Source of the DNA: Azolla caroliniana
Lineage: Eukaryota > Plantae > Polypodiophyta
NCBI GenBank assembly: GCA_043228905.1
Contig: JBHGNT010000005.1
Coordinates: 1,302,001 to 1,366,000, forward strand
Direction: 5' to 3'
Length of the DNA stretch: 64,000 bases
Under the pieces are notes generated by a model that ran no database searches, was not told the DNA's origin, and saw only the letters and a list, made by a program, of their open reading frames with translations. This document shows, piece after piece, positions 38,271-51,676 of the stretch (its first letter is position 1; each line of letters opens with the position of its first letter). The position numbers and the translations under genes are program-made.

Positions 38271-40413
38271 TCTCAAAGGCATGTGCACATTAGTTGTCAA
38301 ATTCACCATCTCTTAAGTAATAATATACAATTCAATAGATCCATTCACACTTTGCATCCAAGTTGTATATGATCAATACTAGTAAATAAATGCTTCATAT
38401 ATCGACATGATTGGATCACATAGACATATGTAGGTTGAAAGACATGATGGATTATGGTGTCCCACATATGTTCACAAATTAAACATATAAAGATGGCCTT
38501 TAAATTAGGTAAAGCGTTATATATTTATCAACCCTATGGTTGTGGGTTGAAACATACCTTATGGGTTTGATAGATGTTAGATTCATCAATGTTTTATGCT
38601 TGAGATCATAGAACATGGCTTGTACCAATGTTTTTTTAAACAACCCAAGGATTATAGAGAGACTATATGATACCCTTGATAGTTTGACATCTAGTATATC
38701 ACCAAATGTTTCTTAAGATCGTGGCTTTGAGATAACTTTCCACAACCCAAGTGTTGAAAAGCAATAACATTATCTTAGGGCAATAGGCTAATAAAGCAAA
38801 TGACACGAGACTTAGGGTGTTCATGAATCATTAATATTGATGTGGTATTGTATTTTGTTTGCTAACTAGCGAAGCAGTGTTTTATTGGGAAAATAATAAT
38901 GATAATAAAATACTGATGTGGTATCTTTAAAAATAAAAAACTACCACCAAGTAGATGGGCCTAGGATGTGAAGGAGTTTTAAAATTAACCTAAACTAACA
39001 TGTGTCAAGTAAAACCTAAAACAATAAACAACAACTAATGGTCAACCTAAGGCTATGAATTGTGTCTAGAACAAGAATTTTCAAATTAAATGTTGAAATG
39101 CAATGTAGATAATCTAGAATACTATATTGAAAAACTACAATTGTTCAAATTAGATATCAACATTCATTGCCGATAATGCAAGAATAATACGTTGAAAAAA
39201 CTACATTTTGTCTTAAGCTACTTTATGACTATAATAATACCATCTATTTATTTATCATCGATGTAGAAATGCATTATGGACCATGGTCGGCTAAATATAG
39301 ATATTGATATTAGAATCTATAGCTAGAGTCCAATGCTATTTGCTATTTGAAGTGTGAGGTTGTCCTTTCTAAATGTTTCAAAATATATCAATATTATCCT
39401 TGTAATTACAGCCCACAGTTATTGATACAACCTTAGTTATTTTTTAACATTGTTAGCATATGCTTGTCCATCGTTAATGGATTTCTCTCACATGCTTAAA
39501 ATTTTATTTAATAATTTGTAAGTTGATCCTCCACAAAAGCATTCATCAATAACAACACCATGAAAGAGATCAAATATATTTGCGAATTTCAATTTTGAAG
39601 GTTGGCATGGGAGACATTGGGGGTGGTCAAATGACTTAATACAATTCTTTGTGATATTAGATTACTCGTAAACTCGTGCCTTGTCGTCTCAATGCTCACC
39701 ACATCTCTGGCCCCTTAGATCTCCCTACTTTCTTCTTGCCTCCCACCACTTGTCTATTATTTCCTGCAATTCATTGTCTAATGTCCTTGTCTAACCTCGC
39801 TCTTCTCATTCACGCTTCCCTTCTTTGTACGTGACCTCCATGCATTAGTACATGTACAAACTTGTATTGCCCATCTCCATGCACATATCAGGGTTCATTC
39901 GCCTATGTCTGCAATAGTTCTCTTAACTTGGACGCTAACTATGTATTTTCAACAATTTCATAGAACATGTGTTCATACACATTTACTAGTACCAAAATTG
40001 TGTTCTCTTTCGCCATTATGATCACATCATCATGATAGAATGTTAATGTGTTGTGTTACATTAATGAACCATGAATAACCTACATTTTCACTTTCATGGA
40101 TTAGTAAAAGAAAACATATCTTGCACCAAACATGCAAAGTAGGGTTTCTAGAACATTATGCCTTTCTCTCTGTATTGACAAAAAAGCAATTGTCATGAAA
40201 AAAACAAGTTGTTTCACAATGCACATAATTGCCTTTTTATTAAATTAATGTCATTTTATGTAATCTTTCATCATGCTTTGAGTTTAGTATGTTGGTTGTT
40301 ATCGTTCACTTGCAAGTATAAGTCCTTTTCAATGTCGATATGGGGTAATTTAAAAACAAATTGGTTACCATACCTCACATTATTATTAAGCCTATGTGAT
40401 GTGCTCTTAGAAG

Positions 40414-40856
40414 TAACAACCGAACCGCGAAACCGCAGCTTAACGGTTTACATGGTTCGGTTCAATTTTGGTTTTTCTTAATGGTTCGGTTTCAACAGTT
40501 AGAAACAACAGTTTAAATAGTTTTTTTAAAAATTTAAATAAATAAAAACTGATTTTAAACAATCTTTTCATTTTCATGCCTTATTCTCACATTTTAGGAA
40601 AATCTTTAAATAATTTAAATAATCAAATATTTTAAATTTTTAAAATTTAAAATTTAAAATTTGACCTAAGTTGAAAACCGAAACCGAACCACGAAACCGC
40701 GGTTTTACTGGTTTAATGGCTTAACGGTTTGAAAATTTTAATGGTTCGGTTTAACGGTTTCGTGGTTCGGTTCGGTTGGTTTGGTTCAGGTTTCAAAAAA
40801 AATTAATGGTTCGGTTTGGACCCTCTTGAACCGAACCGAACCGTTGCCGATTGTTA
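40414..40856. mobile_element. Non-autonomous hAT-type MITE, 443 bp, 8-bp TSD CTTAGAAG
   Basis: Termini TAACAACCG...CGATTGTTA. cttagaag at 40406-40413 and 40857-40864. Same AACCG/CGGTT subterminal repeats as the element at 23138. Confidence 0.88.
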
Positions 40857-42277
40857 CTTAGAAGTTAGCTAACTGTACTATCTCAAACATTAATACAAGT
40901 ATTTTTCTACTTTGGTCATGAAATATGAAAGCTACCTAATTGTTTGTTGTTTCTTAGATTATTGAATAATTTTATTTAGTTGTACAAGTTTGATAAGTTG
41001 TTAGCTATCTCTTATGTTTATATTATTGTTTCAAATGTATATGCAAAACGTACAAGTATGGTGCTCTATTGTAATAATAAATATTAAATCCTCGACAAGT
41101 AGTTTTATGCACATAATTGGAACTCAAAAGTTGATCATCATCAACGAAGGGGAGTATTGGATTTGTTGTGAAAACCCATTATGCTTTTGGTTTTGTTGTT
41201 TTTTATCTTAAGCGGTGTGAGGGCTGATGACTCGCTTGAAGTTAGTCTCTCTCTCTCTCTCTCTCTCTCTCTCAGACATTACATTTAAATTCACAGGTGA
41301 AAGCATTGCATTATACATTATTAAAATACCTTTTCTCAATAGCAAAGTCCTTATAAACTAGCTAACACCTAAATATATACATAGTTATACAAATCACTTT
41401 TGACAACCCAAGCTTTTAAACCAATACCATTGCCTTAATGCAATGTTAAAAAAGACGACAAAATTAGTTCAAACTATGATCATATACCATAGATCATATC
41501 TAACATCTTATCTTGTATTTAAAATCAAATGCTTGTGAATCAGTTCCAATGAATTATGTTATCACATTTGTGATGAATGAATTATGAACCAATTGAATAT
41601 AGTGCCACTTTCTCCTTTTCTTCCATGGTTTCTCAATGATGAAAAACAAAGAAACAATTGGTCACGATCATCAACCAAGATATTCTTATTAGTGAACTAC
41701 ACAAATGTCATGTGGTTCAGTACAAGCATTGTGTTTTTTTGCTCATTTATTTGCCTATGCGGAGCTCTCCACTCGTCTTATTGTTCATCTATTAACAATC
41801 CTTTTAGTTTTCAAGCTTCTATTTTCTCTTACAATTATAGATGCTTTTATGTGCTCTTTTCTTCTGTTATTGATTTATCTAAGACAAATCGACCTTGAAG
41901 TCTCCGTGCTTCTGTTTATTCATCGTACATAAGTTGGTTCATAACACCTTTTCCACACAATTCGATCATTGAGTCCTTAAGAGATTTTGTCCTCAGACCA
42001 ATTTCTTCAAAGTACTCGGTGTTATGCCCAACTTTTTGAGACCTTTTGTCTCACATAACAAACACCACTCAAACTTTCTAGGGCTTGATGTGTCTTTGAC
42101 TAGACACATGAACATGATCACACACAAACATCACATAGATATTTGAGCTCATGCTTGACTTCCTTGTTAATGGTTTTAGGGTTAGGGTAGAGGATGAGGA
42201 TGAATGGTAATGGTGTAATAGTGAAAATGATGGAGAGTATGATGGTGAGAGAGATGATGAAGATGTTGACAAGCATT

Positions 42278-42362
42278 ATGGGGTGGGGGGTAGTGCCTAG
42301 AATGGCTCCACCCCCCTCCCAAGGGGGTTCAACGTAAGGGAGAGAGAAAGAGAGAAAGATGT

Positions 42363-42411
<49 letters not shown>

Positions 42412-42654
42412 GATCCTTTCTATTCATTCATTTCCCATAAGGGGTTAAATAGGTACAAAGGGGTAGATCCACAAGGGTGCAAGCCCCCTTGGCATTCACA
42501 CCTAGTCACTCACTCACGCCTCTTTGTATCTACCACACTCACACTTACATTCACACTCATAATCATATAAAATCACACATACATATCCACACATTATATC
42601 TTTCACCCTCACTTATCACACTTATCAATCACTCGTACATCTCATACGGTAACA
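42278..42654 (-). mobile_element. Possible decayed LTR remnant
   Basis: Composition shift with a (GA)n tract, ending ...ggtaaca and followed by a pyrimidine tract. No TSD or partner LTR found. Confidence 0.3.
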
Positions 42655-43299
42655 TTCCTCAACACAATTGATATTCACCCTTACTTTTTAACGTCTTTAG
42701 TTTTTCACACATTATGCAATCCTCAACTTTTTTGGAGCTTGAAGTTCCATGAAGTAGCAAGACAACCTCATATCACAATCATACAACACACCAACTAATC
42801 CATTACAATTTCTACCCTCGGTTGGCTTCTCTAGAGCCCCAAGCATTTGCCCAACTTTTCTAAGAAGTTTGATCTCTCACACATAACAAACAATCTCCAA
42901 TATTTAGGGGCCCAAAATGTCATTGGGTAGGCACATGTACTAGGATTACACACACATCACACATTCCATTGGGAATTTTAATTGTGGATGGCTTCCTTAG
43001 TGCAGTAGATTTCAACCCTATCATTTTTGGGGCATAAAATGTAGTTGCGTGTACCAGGTAAGTAGAGAAGGGTCTTATTAATGCAATGTGTAGATTTGGA
43101 CATGAACATGCATGCATGCATTTGAGTTTCGTAAACATGGTCATGCACTACCATTTGGTGAGAGATTGATGTAAATAGGATATAGTGGAGTGCAAGGCCG
43201 ATCGGGCCATCCTAATGTGACAAGAAATTTCCAATGACGAAGTATAATTATGAGAGACTTAGGGATTGGACTTCTTTAAGTTATAGAGCTTTGTAGAGA

Positions 43300-44560
43300 G
43301 AGATAGAGACAAAATTTATTATCATAGCTTTTTTCTATTCCAAGTGATTAACAATCCAAGACCGGGTACATGTAACATGCCACAAGAACTTTAGAAGTGG
43401 CCACATTCCACAAAATTGCTTTGATTGTCATATTTCCAAACTTGATCCTTTCTTTCTCAAGAAAAAAATGTCAGCATTTTTGTCCACTTATGAGTTCCCT
43501 CAAAAAAAAATTAAGAAATGAAAACTTTTGAGCCATCATATGTTCATATAAATCTTAATAATGTTGTTCCTCTAACTATTTACAAGGGCCAACCAACAAA
43601 TGCTAACTTTTCCTTTCCTCTTCCATAAGAAGAATGTCGTAATTTTGTTTCCTTTTCAATGGCTTGTCAACAAACCTTCCATGATGTACTACCCTTTGTG
43701 ACTACCAAAGCTCCAACGTATATTTCTCAATGCATGACATGTGAATTGACTTGTGCATATTAATCCTCAATTGCAAATAATTCCCACACTTTCATAGCAT
43801 TCATAGCCTTAATGATATTATCATGTCTAGCAACCAAAAACATGATATCATTATCATATACTAGAGCTTGGGCAATACAATAATTCCTTGATTAATACAC
43901 CAATGCTTCTAACTCCTGATCCATTGCCATATTATGCAACTTGACAATAATAGGATGCATCACAATAGTAAAATTAAGGACTAACAATTGTCAATAATAA
44001 TTGGCTAACTTATCTCTTAATCAAATTAGGTTGGTTACTCAGGACTCCTTTAAGTAGGTGACATGTGAAACAAAAGCCTCCCCAAATGTGTATATTAACC
44101 ATGACATACAATCTCCAACACCCAAACAACACATTAGTTGATGTACAAATGACTACTTCACATTGTCAAATGCCTTTTCAAGATCCAATTGTTACATAAA
44201 AATGTCTTCCTTAGACCCTGTTGCATATTCAATTGTTATTTTGAACATTCAAAATATTATGTAATATAGGTCTTCTTGCGAAAAAGTCATATTGAGCACC
44301 GTGAATAATACAAGGCAAGACTTTATATAACTTTTTCGCCATTATTATTTTACAAATCTTAGAAATTCCTCCCATCAAAGAGATAAGATCCATTAGGCAA
44401 ATGGCACCAGAGACAACAAGTCCGACAAAAACTTTATTAAACTAATCTTCCAAGAGAGCGAAGCATATAGCTTGGTGATAAAACTTTTTGAAATGTAAAT
44501 ACTAGTGAACCTTTAAATTGCATGAAATATTTCCGTAGTTGACATCAATAAATGGTTCAA
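43300..44560 (-). mobile_element. Highly decayed LINE RT relic
   Basis: Minus strand near 44190-44160 reads LDLEKAFDNV (RT motif); the surrounding frames are broken and the boundaries are approximate. Confidence 0.6.
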
Positions 44561-45194
44561 AAGATGGGATGTAGAAGATCTCTTACAACTTTTAAGTGAT
44601 ATTAAAACTAGAAAATTACATTGCAAATATTAGCCTTGAATGTTGGGTTCAATATAATGCAAGAATGCCTATTGAACATATTCAACCTTATCCCATTACT
44701 AACATGAGTATTAGCTCTCGTAGAGCCCTTACACTGAATCACGCAAACTAGGTATTGACATTGCATTGTGGCATCCAAATACGTTAAATATAGAGACATG
44801 TAAGGTATGCGATTAATCCTAGTAGAGGCTGAATATCACTTGCTTTTTACATGCTCAACATATAGCGTAATTTGTGATAACATATTAAGAGGGGGGTAAT
44901 AACTTGAGTGTCCTACTTGAGACACCATCTAGAAGATTGAGCTCATATGTGTATGCCTTATTCACATACAAAGACTTTGTGCTTCAAAGTATGAAGATTC
45001 TTTCTTTAGGAAGGAGACACACATCAACAAAACTTGTGTACTTTGGCTTTATGGGTTGGCCTCTTTATGGATGCTAAAAATATATCTACCTAGCTTTCAT
45101 AGCCATACACATTAGTAGTTGGCTTAAATGAAAGCAAAATACATGTGTTAGAGTATTTTGATACAATGAATAAAATTGTTCTTGGATATGACAG

Positions 45195-48100
45195 TGGGTG
45201 AACCATGGGAATGGAATCTTAAACCATAGGAAGGCAATTGGGCCAGGGTACAAGATAACATCAAAGACGGTGATGATGTTGAGGCCAAAGTGGAGGTTCC
45301 CTATAGACTTTGCTGTGACAGCAACACCGTCAATTGCTGATGGCGCCATCTATTTTCCAGGATCCAATGGTATGCTATATGCACTAGAGGAGGAGACAGG
45401 GGAGGTTCGTTGGTGCCAAAACCTTACCACTCTCTTGGGGGAGCAAGTGTTCACCTTTGCACGTGCCACACCTGTTGTCGTCCCAAACTCACCACTCCTT
45501 TTGGTGGGATTGACGGGTCCCCCTGTCATCCTTGCTCTTGACCGCCTCAGAGGTGGGTTCCTCATTTGGCGTTCCATATATCTTGACATTGCTAACCTTG
45601 CCATCATCACCATGTCCGGCACCGTATATGAAGGGTATTATCTATCTATCTATATATCTCCCTCTCTCATTGGTGCAATTGTATACGTAATGTGCATCTA
45701 ACATACACAATGACAGTTCCTCAAAGACATTACCTTGGGCTCATTCACAAAGGTGCTTTTTTCAATGCAGGATAAGTTGCATATATGACTAGCCAAAAAA
45801 TATCCTTGTATTGGGTGATATGCTTTGTTAACATACATTCAAACATTTATACAAATTCATACACACTTGTTTAATCCTACACATACACATTCTATCTTGT
45901 ATACATTTAGACAATCTTACACACTACATGCACTTATTCAATCATACACACATTCAAATGAATTCATAAACAATAAGTAGAAAGACTACATTTTAATCAC
46001 AAAAGAATAGTCACATAAGTTATCTAACCTCGCATGCAGTTAATACATATATTGGAAAAAACCAATCGTATATATAGCTTCTTTTTTATCAAGAAAATTT
46101 AAGACCCTTAAAATGTTTAAGAAAACTTCCATGACATCAACAAATATGTGTGCTTTCCTCCTTTTCATTGAACTAGTTTGTTATGGTTGTCCTTAACATC
46201 AACAAATATGTTTATACACATGATATTTTTCCTAACGTGAATATGACCAATTAAATCTGTTTTAAAAATGAAATTTAAGTTTCTTTTTTTCAATTGGTTT
46301 TCTATGTTTATATATTTTGTGGGTCACAAGGGTGTGTGGCGTTTGGCCTATGAATATGCTCTACAAGCTCATTGTACCTTGATTTATGGTTCTTATAGGA
46401 TCTAATTGTGTGTTGCAAGGTATTATTATGTGGGTGTATCATCCCAACAAGAAAATCTTAGTGAAGGTTTCTCTTTCATAGGGAGTTTCCAAAAGATATC
46501 ATTAATAGATGGACGTGTCGTGTGGAAGACTCTAATGCTACCATATGGAATAGGATATTATGGAGCAGCATTATGGGGTAGTAGTCCCTCCATTGACGCA
46601 CAAAGACAACTTGTGTTCATTGCTACAGGTTTTGATACTTGTTCTCTTTACCATAATAGTAAATGCACACAATACATTTATGCATGTCATTATGGAATAT
46701 ATCTCTAGAATTTTATAGTTCTCGTCATTGTTCTAAAATACTTAGCATAAAATACGTATTCTAAGTATTCTACAAGTATTTTAACTTTTTTTTAAAATAC
46801 TTAGAATATATATTTTAAAAATAGAATATGTTGAATACGTTAAATACTTAGAATATGTGTAGAATACATTAAATACTTCTTAAATTTTAAAAGTTCCTTT
46901 TCAAAAAAGAGAGTTTAATTTAATGTTTTTTGAAATGATAAATACTTGTTAAATACGTCAAAATTTTAAAAACAGTAGTTCTAAAACGTAAAATATGTGT
47001 AGAATACTTCAGAGTATTCTAAAACGTACTCTAAACTTAGAATACACGTTTTTTAACAATTATGGTTCTCGTCGAATGTGTTCACTTAGAGTCCTTGGAA
47101 GGACAATAATCAAATCTAAAGAAGCCACAAAAATAATGAAACTTACCATACCATAGTGACATAGTCTTGATAACACACACAATCATGGATGAAGATATTA
47201 GAACCACAATAATAGATTTGACCACACAAACTAATGTTTGATTAGATTGAAGAAATAGATGAAGCATAAAAATGTGATGAGGTAGCCTTATACAATCTAA
47301 GGTAGGTTGATCTAATACTCCTTGGACAAGGACGTCATCCAAATCACATGACAATGTTTTAGAAAAATCAAACTTACTATTACGTCAAAGTAAAATAGTT
47401 TCATTGAATACATTCCAACCATTAGAAAGGTACCAATGCTTGTTTATTAATGTTTTGAGAGGTTAGCTAAGTCCTCTTTGGAACACTGCTCATAAGATGG
47501 CCTCAATGTGTAGTTGAATCATTCTTTTCAAATAAAATATATTTGTTTGAGCTCATTTCTAAGAGAATCATGAGCATTTAATTGTAGCTACCATACTCTT
47601 TCAACATAATGTACTACAATGGACAAACATATTGCATACACACAATATGTAAATAGTCTACATATGTTTTATTGTTGCTTGTCATGAAAATTAAAGAACG
47701 TTCATTCTACAAATTGAATGATTATTTGTTAGGACGCTTGTTTAAAACAAAGACCTACAACACATTGTTGTATGGATTTCTCGCAATATGGAAATGAGTT
47801 GCAAATAATTTGTTGTGAATAATGATATCAAATCACAAGTAACTTTCCCTATGTTTGCAATTTTTTATATTCTTGTGTTCTAACGTAGCCACAATGTATA
47901 TACATATGCAAATTTGTTATATGAAGCAAACACGGTGAATTATATAGGACTACACTTTTTTAATAAGCTCAATGCATCTAATTTACAAATTTCTCAAGCT
48001 AATACTTGCATGATGCATGTTGTGTCTAGGTAATAACTATCAAGTTCCACAATGTATTGAAGATTGTGAGAGTAATCAGACAACAAATAGCACACAAAAT

Positions 48101-49316
48101 ACTCCAGATCCATGTCTATCTTCATATGATCACCACGATTCTATTTTAGCATTAAAGATGAATGATGGAGCGATTAAGTGGAGCACTAGCTTGTTGGCTT
48201 ATGATGTGTTTACAATCCCATGCCAATCATCAACAAGCATCCCCAATTGCCCAACTATTCTTGGGCCAGATTATGATTTTGGGGAAGCTCCGTTGCTTCT
48301 ATATCTTGATGCCACCTCAAATGCAACTAGTGATAGGTGCCTTGTCATCGCGGGTCAAAAAAGTGGTGTTGTGTGGGGATTAGATTGTGACAATGGATCC
48401 ATAATATGGGCTACGGTAAGATAATTGTGTGGGAAGGGAAAATATGTGCATGTTGTATATATGTCATCACCTCACATCAAGAACGCATCATAATGTAACA
48501 TTTTTGTCCCATAGAATATAACATTTAAAACTCATTTGTCACATGATGCATCCATATACATATGCCATATCCTCTTCATGTAGGATATTTGATGCCAAAA
48601 ATCAAGTCATCACAAAGATCTATATCATGTCTTCATGATTGTTTTTGCATAACTGATACATAAGTTTATTAATATAAGGTCAGTAAAGGTGTCTCCGACT
48701 CAAATGCATTTAATATGTGAGAATTGTTAATAAAAATAGAGTGATTGCATAACACAGCAACCAACCCCCCACTAAATGAACAACTTAACATCAGTCAAAA
48801 AATGGTGTTTTCTATGATTATGTTACACAAGAGACTTTGGAAAATGTTTTGTAGGTGGCAGGACCTGGGGGAAGCCTTGGAGGAGCATCATGGGGATTAA
48901 GCACTGACAAGGAGCGAGTGTACACAAACATAATTAATAATGACCGCAAAGAGTTTGTACTAGCACCGGGAACTAGTGTCACAAGAGGAGGTGGTTGGGT
49001 TGCCATGGATGCTAAGACAGGGACAATATTATGGTCTACTAAAGACCCAACCCTTGGACCTACTCCAGGGCCCACCTCTGCTGCCCGAGGGGTTGTCTTT
49101 GGAACTTCTTACTCTAACCCTGGTTCTGTTTATGCCCTTCATTCTCTTACTGGCTCAATTCTTTGGTCTTCCCCCACTGGTTCTGGAATCTATGGCGGTG
49201 TCTCTATTGGCAACTCTTGCATCTATGTTGGAAATGGCTACAATTACTTCCCCTTTCCAAATGCTCCTAATGGGACATTTGTGACAGCCTTTTGCTTATT
49301 GGAAGAAAATCATTAG
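45195..49316 (+). CDS. PQQ-type beta-propeller quinoprotein (polyvinyl-alcohol-dehydrogenase-like); 4 exons found, N-terminal exon not identified
   Basis: Exons 45195-45634, 46420-46628, 48030-48415 and 48855-49316, phase-consistent with no internal stop (498 aa). Motifs: WVNHG, VTATPSIADGAIYF..NGMLYALEEETGEVRW, IITMSGT, GYYGAALWGSSPSID..RQLVFIATGNNY, GPDYDFGEAPLL, AGQKSGVVWGLD, AGPGG.LGG..WG, GGGWVAMDAKTGTILWS, with Trp-docking repeats. Confidence 0.88.
46726..47064. mobile_element. Intronic hAT-like MITE, about 340 bp, 8-bp TSD GTTCTCGT
   Basis: gttctcgt at 46718-46725 and 47065-47072. Termini CATTGTT...AACAAT(tat)G; many agaatac/gtattct subterminal repeats. Confidence 0.65.
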
Positions 49317-50748
49317 CCCCCCTTAGTCTTTTGGATAATAAACAATGATTTTTCACTTCCATTATAATTGTACATTTTATGCTAGAAGTAGACATGCATG
49401 CGCATACCTATATTGTTTTTCAAATACCATGGACTTTATGTTTTCACACACCAACCTCAACCTCGTGTAAGATTTTTAACATCCATAATGGGGATCACAC
49501 CATAAAAAAAAAAAGACTTTGTTAATGGATTGACATGTCATTTATAACGTATTTTGGCATCCTTATTAGATGATACTATTTACTACGATGTTCTTTTCAG
49601 AACCACCTCGATGTTGGTCTATGAGGACATACTAACCTACCCTTTTGTTGGTGAGAATGAGTGACAATCACTCTTGAGCCACTAACGTATAGGTTGACTA
49701 CCGAATTAACAAACTAATCTTACGCTATGATTGAATAAGTTACACAAGAAAATTACTAGTTAACCATGAAGAGACCTTACCACATTTTCATGCACCATCT
49801 GAGTTGGGTCAACCAAACCCCCCTAAGTGCACTTTTGTAATAAACAACAACATGTTCCTCGAGCACATAATCAGAAAGAAACTACCAACTCGATCTAGCT
49901 TCCATTAGTCTATTTATTGTAATGACAAGGTTTTACAAATATTAGGCTTATAACTTATAGAATGAAATGTTTAATAAGAGAGTTATTCAATTGGATATTG
50001 TTATTGGATACAACCATTACAATTTGAATTGAAATCATCCTTCTTCTTCATTCTTTTTTCTTTCCTCAAGTACACTTAAGAACCAAGTTCATTGTCCTAG
50101 AGCAAGAGCTTTCAAAGGCTTCTCGGGAATTTACAACAAGTGAATGTTGAGAAATCTGAACAATACAGGGAATTAACTAAGAGGGTAAGAAATGAAGTAC
50201 CATTAGTAGCTTTGCAACATCAAGATTTGAAAGCACCATATTCCCCAAGGTAAATCTCGTTGCAAAGCTTGATAGTAATCAATGACAAATTCAAGGATCT
50301 ATTTCCCACATTTCATAAAAATGCTAAATTATTTGTAGAGGCAATTGGTTGGGTTATAAGATGTGATAACCGCTTAATTGAGCTACATTCTAAGTTTTAA
50401 CAATGGTCTCATCCTAGATTAAAGCAAATATATGTGTCATTGGCAATATTATAGTAACAGAACTATGGCAATATTATAGTGATCTAGAACTATGTCCTTG
50501 CTCCGTTAGGAGGCTCCACTCCGATGTAAATTGATGCAACATGCCATCAAGGATCCTTAATGAAAGTTGGAAACCAAGAACATAAAGCAAACCATCTATG
50601 TACATATACACATGTTGATGGTTTCCCTATTGTATCTAAACTTGAAGACATAATTAAAGAGTTTGAGTTGGTTTTTGGTGATTTGGCTTGTGTGATTTCA
50701 GTAAATATAATTCATGGTCCAAATCATACGATAGTCCTCTATGTACGT

Positions 50749-51638
50749 TGTCGTAGTGTAGGTTGCACACTATGTGGAAATTATATTTTTGTCCCTCCGG
50801 ATAGAGAATGGAGTGCTCGGTGAGAACCGGAAGAAAATGGCATACCGGCAAGGAGGAAAAACGGCATACCGGCAAGGAAGAAAACGGCATACCGGCAAGG
50901 AAGAGCCGGATAAAGAGACATAAATGTAAAAAGAAAGGAAATACTCACTACTGCGCAGGGCGTGATTCAAACTCTGCACCTCCACGTTGACAAACCCCAA
51001 CCTTACCATTACATTAACTTATCTTAAGTGCTTTAAATATAGATTTAATACGCATAAGACCTTTATTTATGCATACCTTTATTAAAAGGTAAATCGTGTA
51101 TTTTTTAATATATGAAAAAGACGAGACACTAAAAATAACTCATGCACATCTAGCGTGCATGAGCCCTATACTTAGGAAATAAAAAAGCATCACATGCACA
51201 TTTAGTGGACATGAACACTTTTTGTAAAAAAAAAAAGCATGAAGCCATGCTTAGCTCTTCCTTCCTTATATAAGGAGGAGAGAAATATGTAAAGGGTTGT
51301 TGATTATTTGGATTAAGTATTAATCAATACAAAATTTATTCGTGGGATTCACGATTTATACATCTACTTCTCTCTTAACACCCTAAGTACCAATTAATAT
51401 AGTATACTCGTGAAATACAAAATTTATTCGTGGGATTCACGATTTATACATCTACTTCTCTCTTAACACCCTAAGTACCAATTAATATAGTATACTCGTG
51501 TGATTCACGAGTTTCTTATCTTTCTCTTTGCTATTTACTCATAATTAATCTCTATCTCACGAACTTCTCTCTCCTAGTCCAAGACCTCTGTGGTTCCCAC
51601 CCGACTCACGCAACGATCCGGAGCCGAAAGGCACGACA
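50749..51638 (+). repeat. 5' LTR, 890 bp
   Basis: TG...CA; three 23-24-bp ggcataccggcaagg units; TATA cttatataagg near 51265; internal duplication of about 89 bp at 51326-51502. Confidence 0.97.
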
Positions 51639-51642
51639 CAGT

Positions 51643-51660
51643 TGGTGAACCCGACGTGAA
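51643..51660 (+). promoter_or_regulatory. Primer-binding site complementary to tRNA-Trp(CCA)
   Basis: TGGTGAACCCGACGTGAA is the reverse complement of the plant tRNA-Trp 3' end ...UUCACGUCGGGUUCACCA (sequence recalled). It lies 4 nt after the LTR. Confidence 0.88.
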
Positions 51661-51676
51661 GACGGGTGGCAAGGAG

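Noticed and set aside
50825-50905. 23-24-bp repeats in the LTR as a CRISPR or iteron-like array
   Set aside because: Head-to-tail with no spacers; an ordinary LTR U3 tandem repeat.
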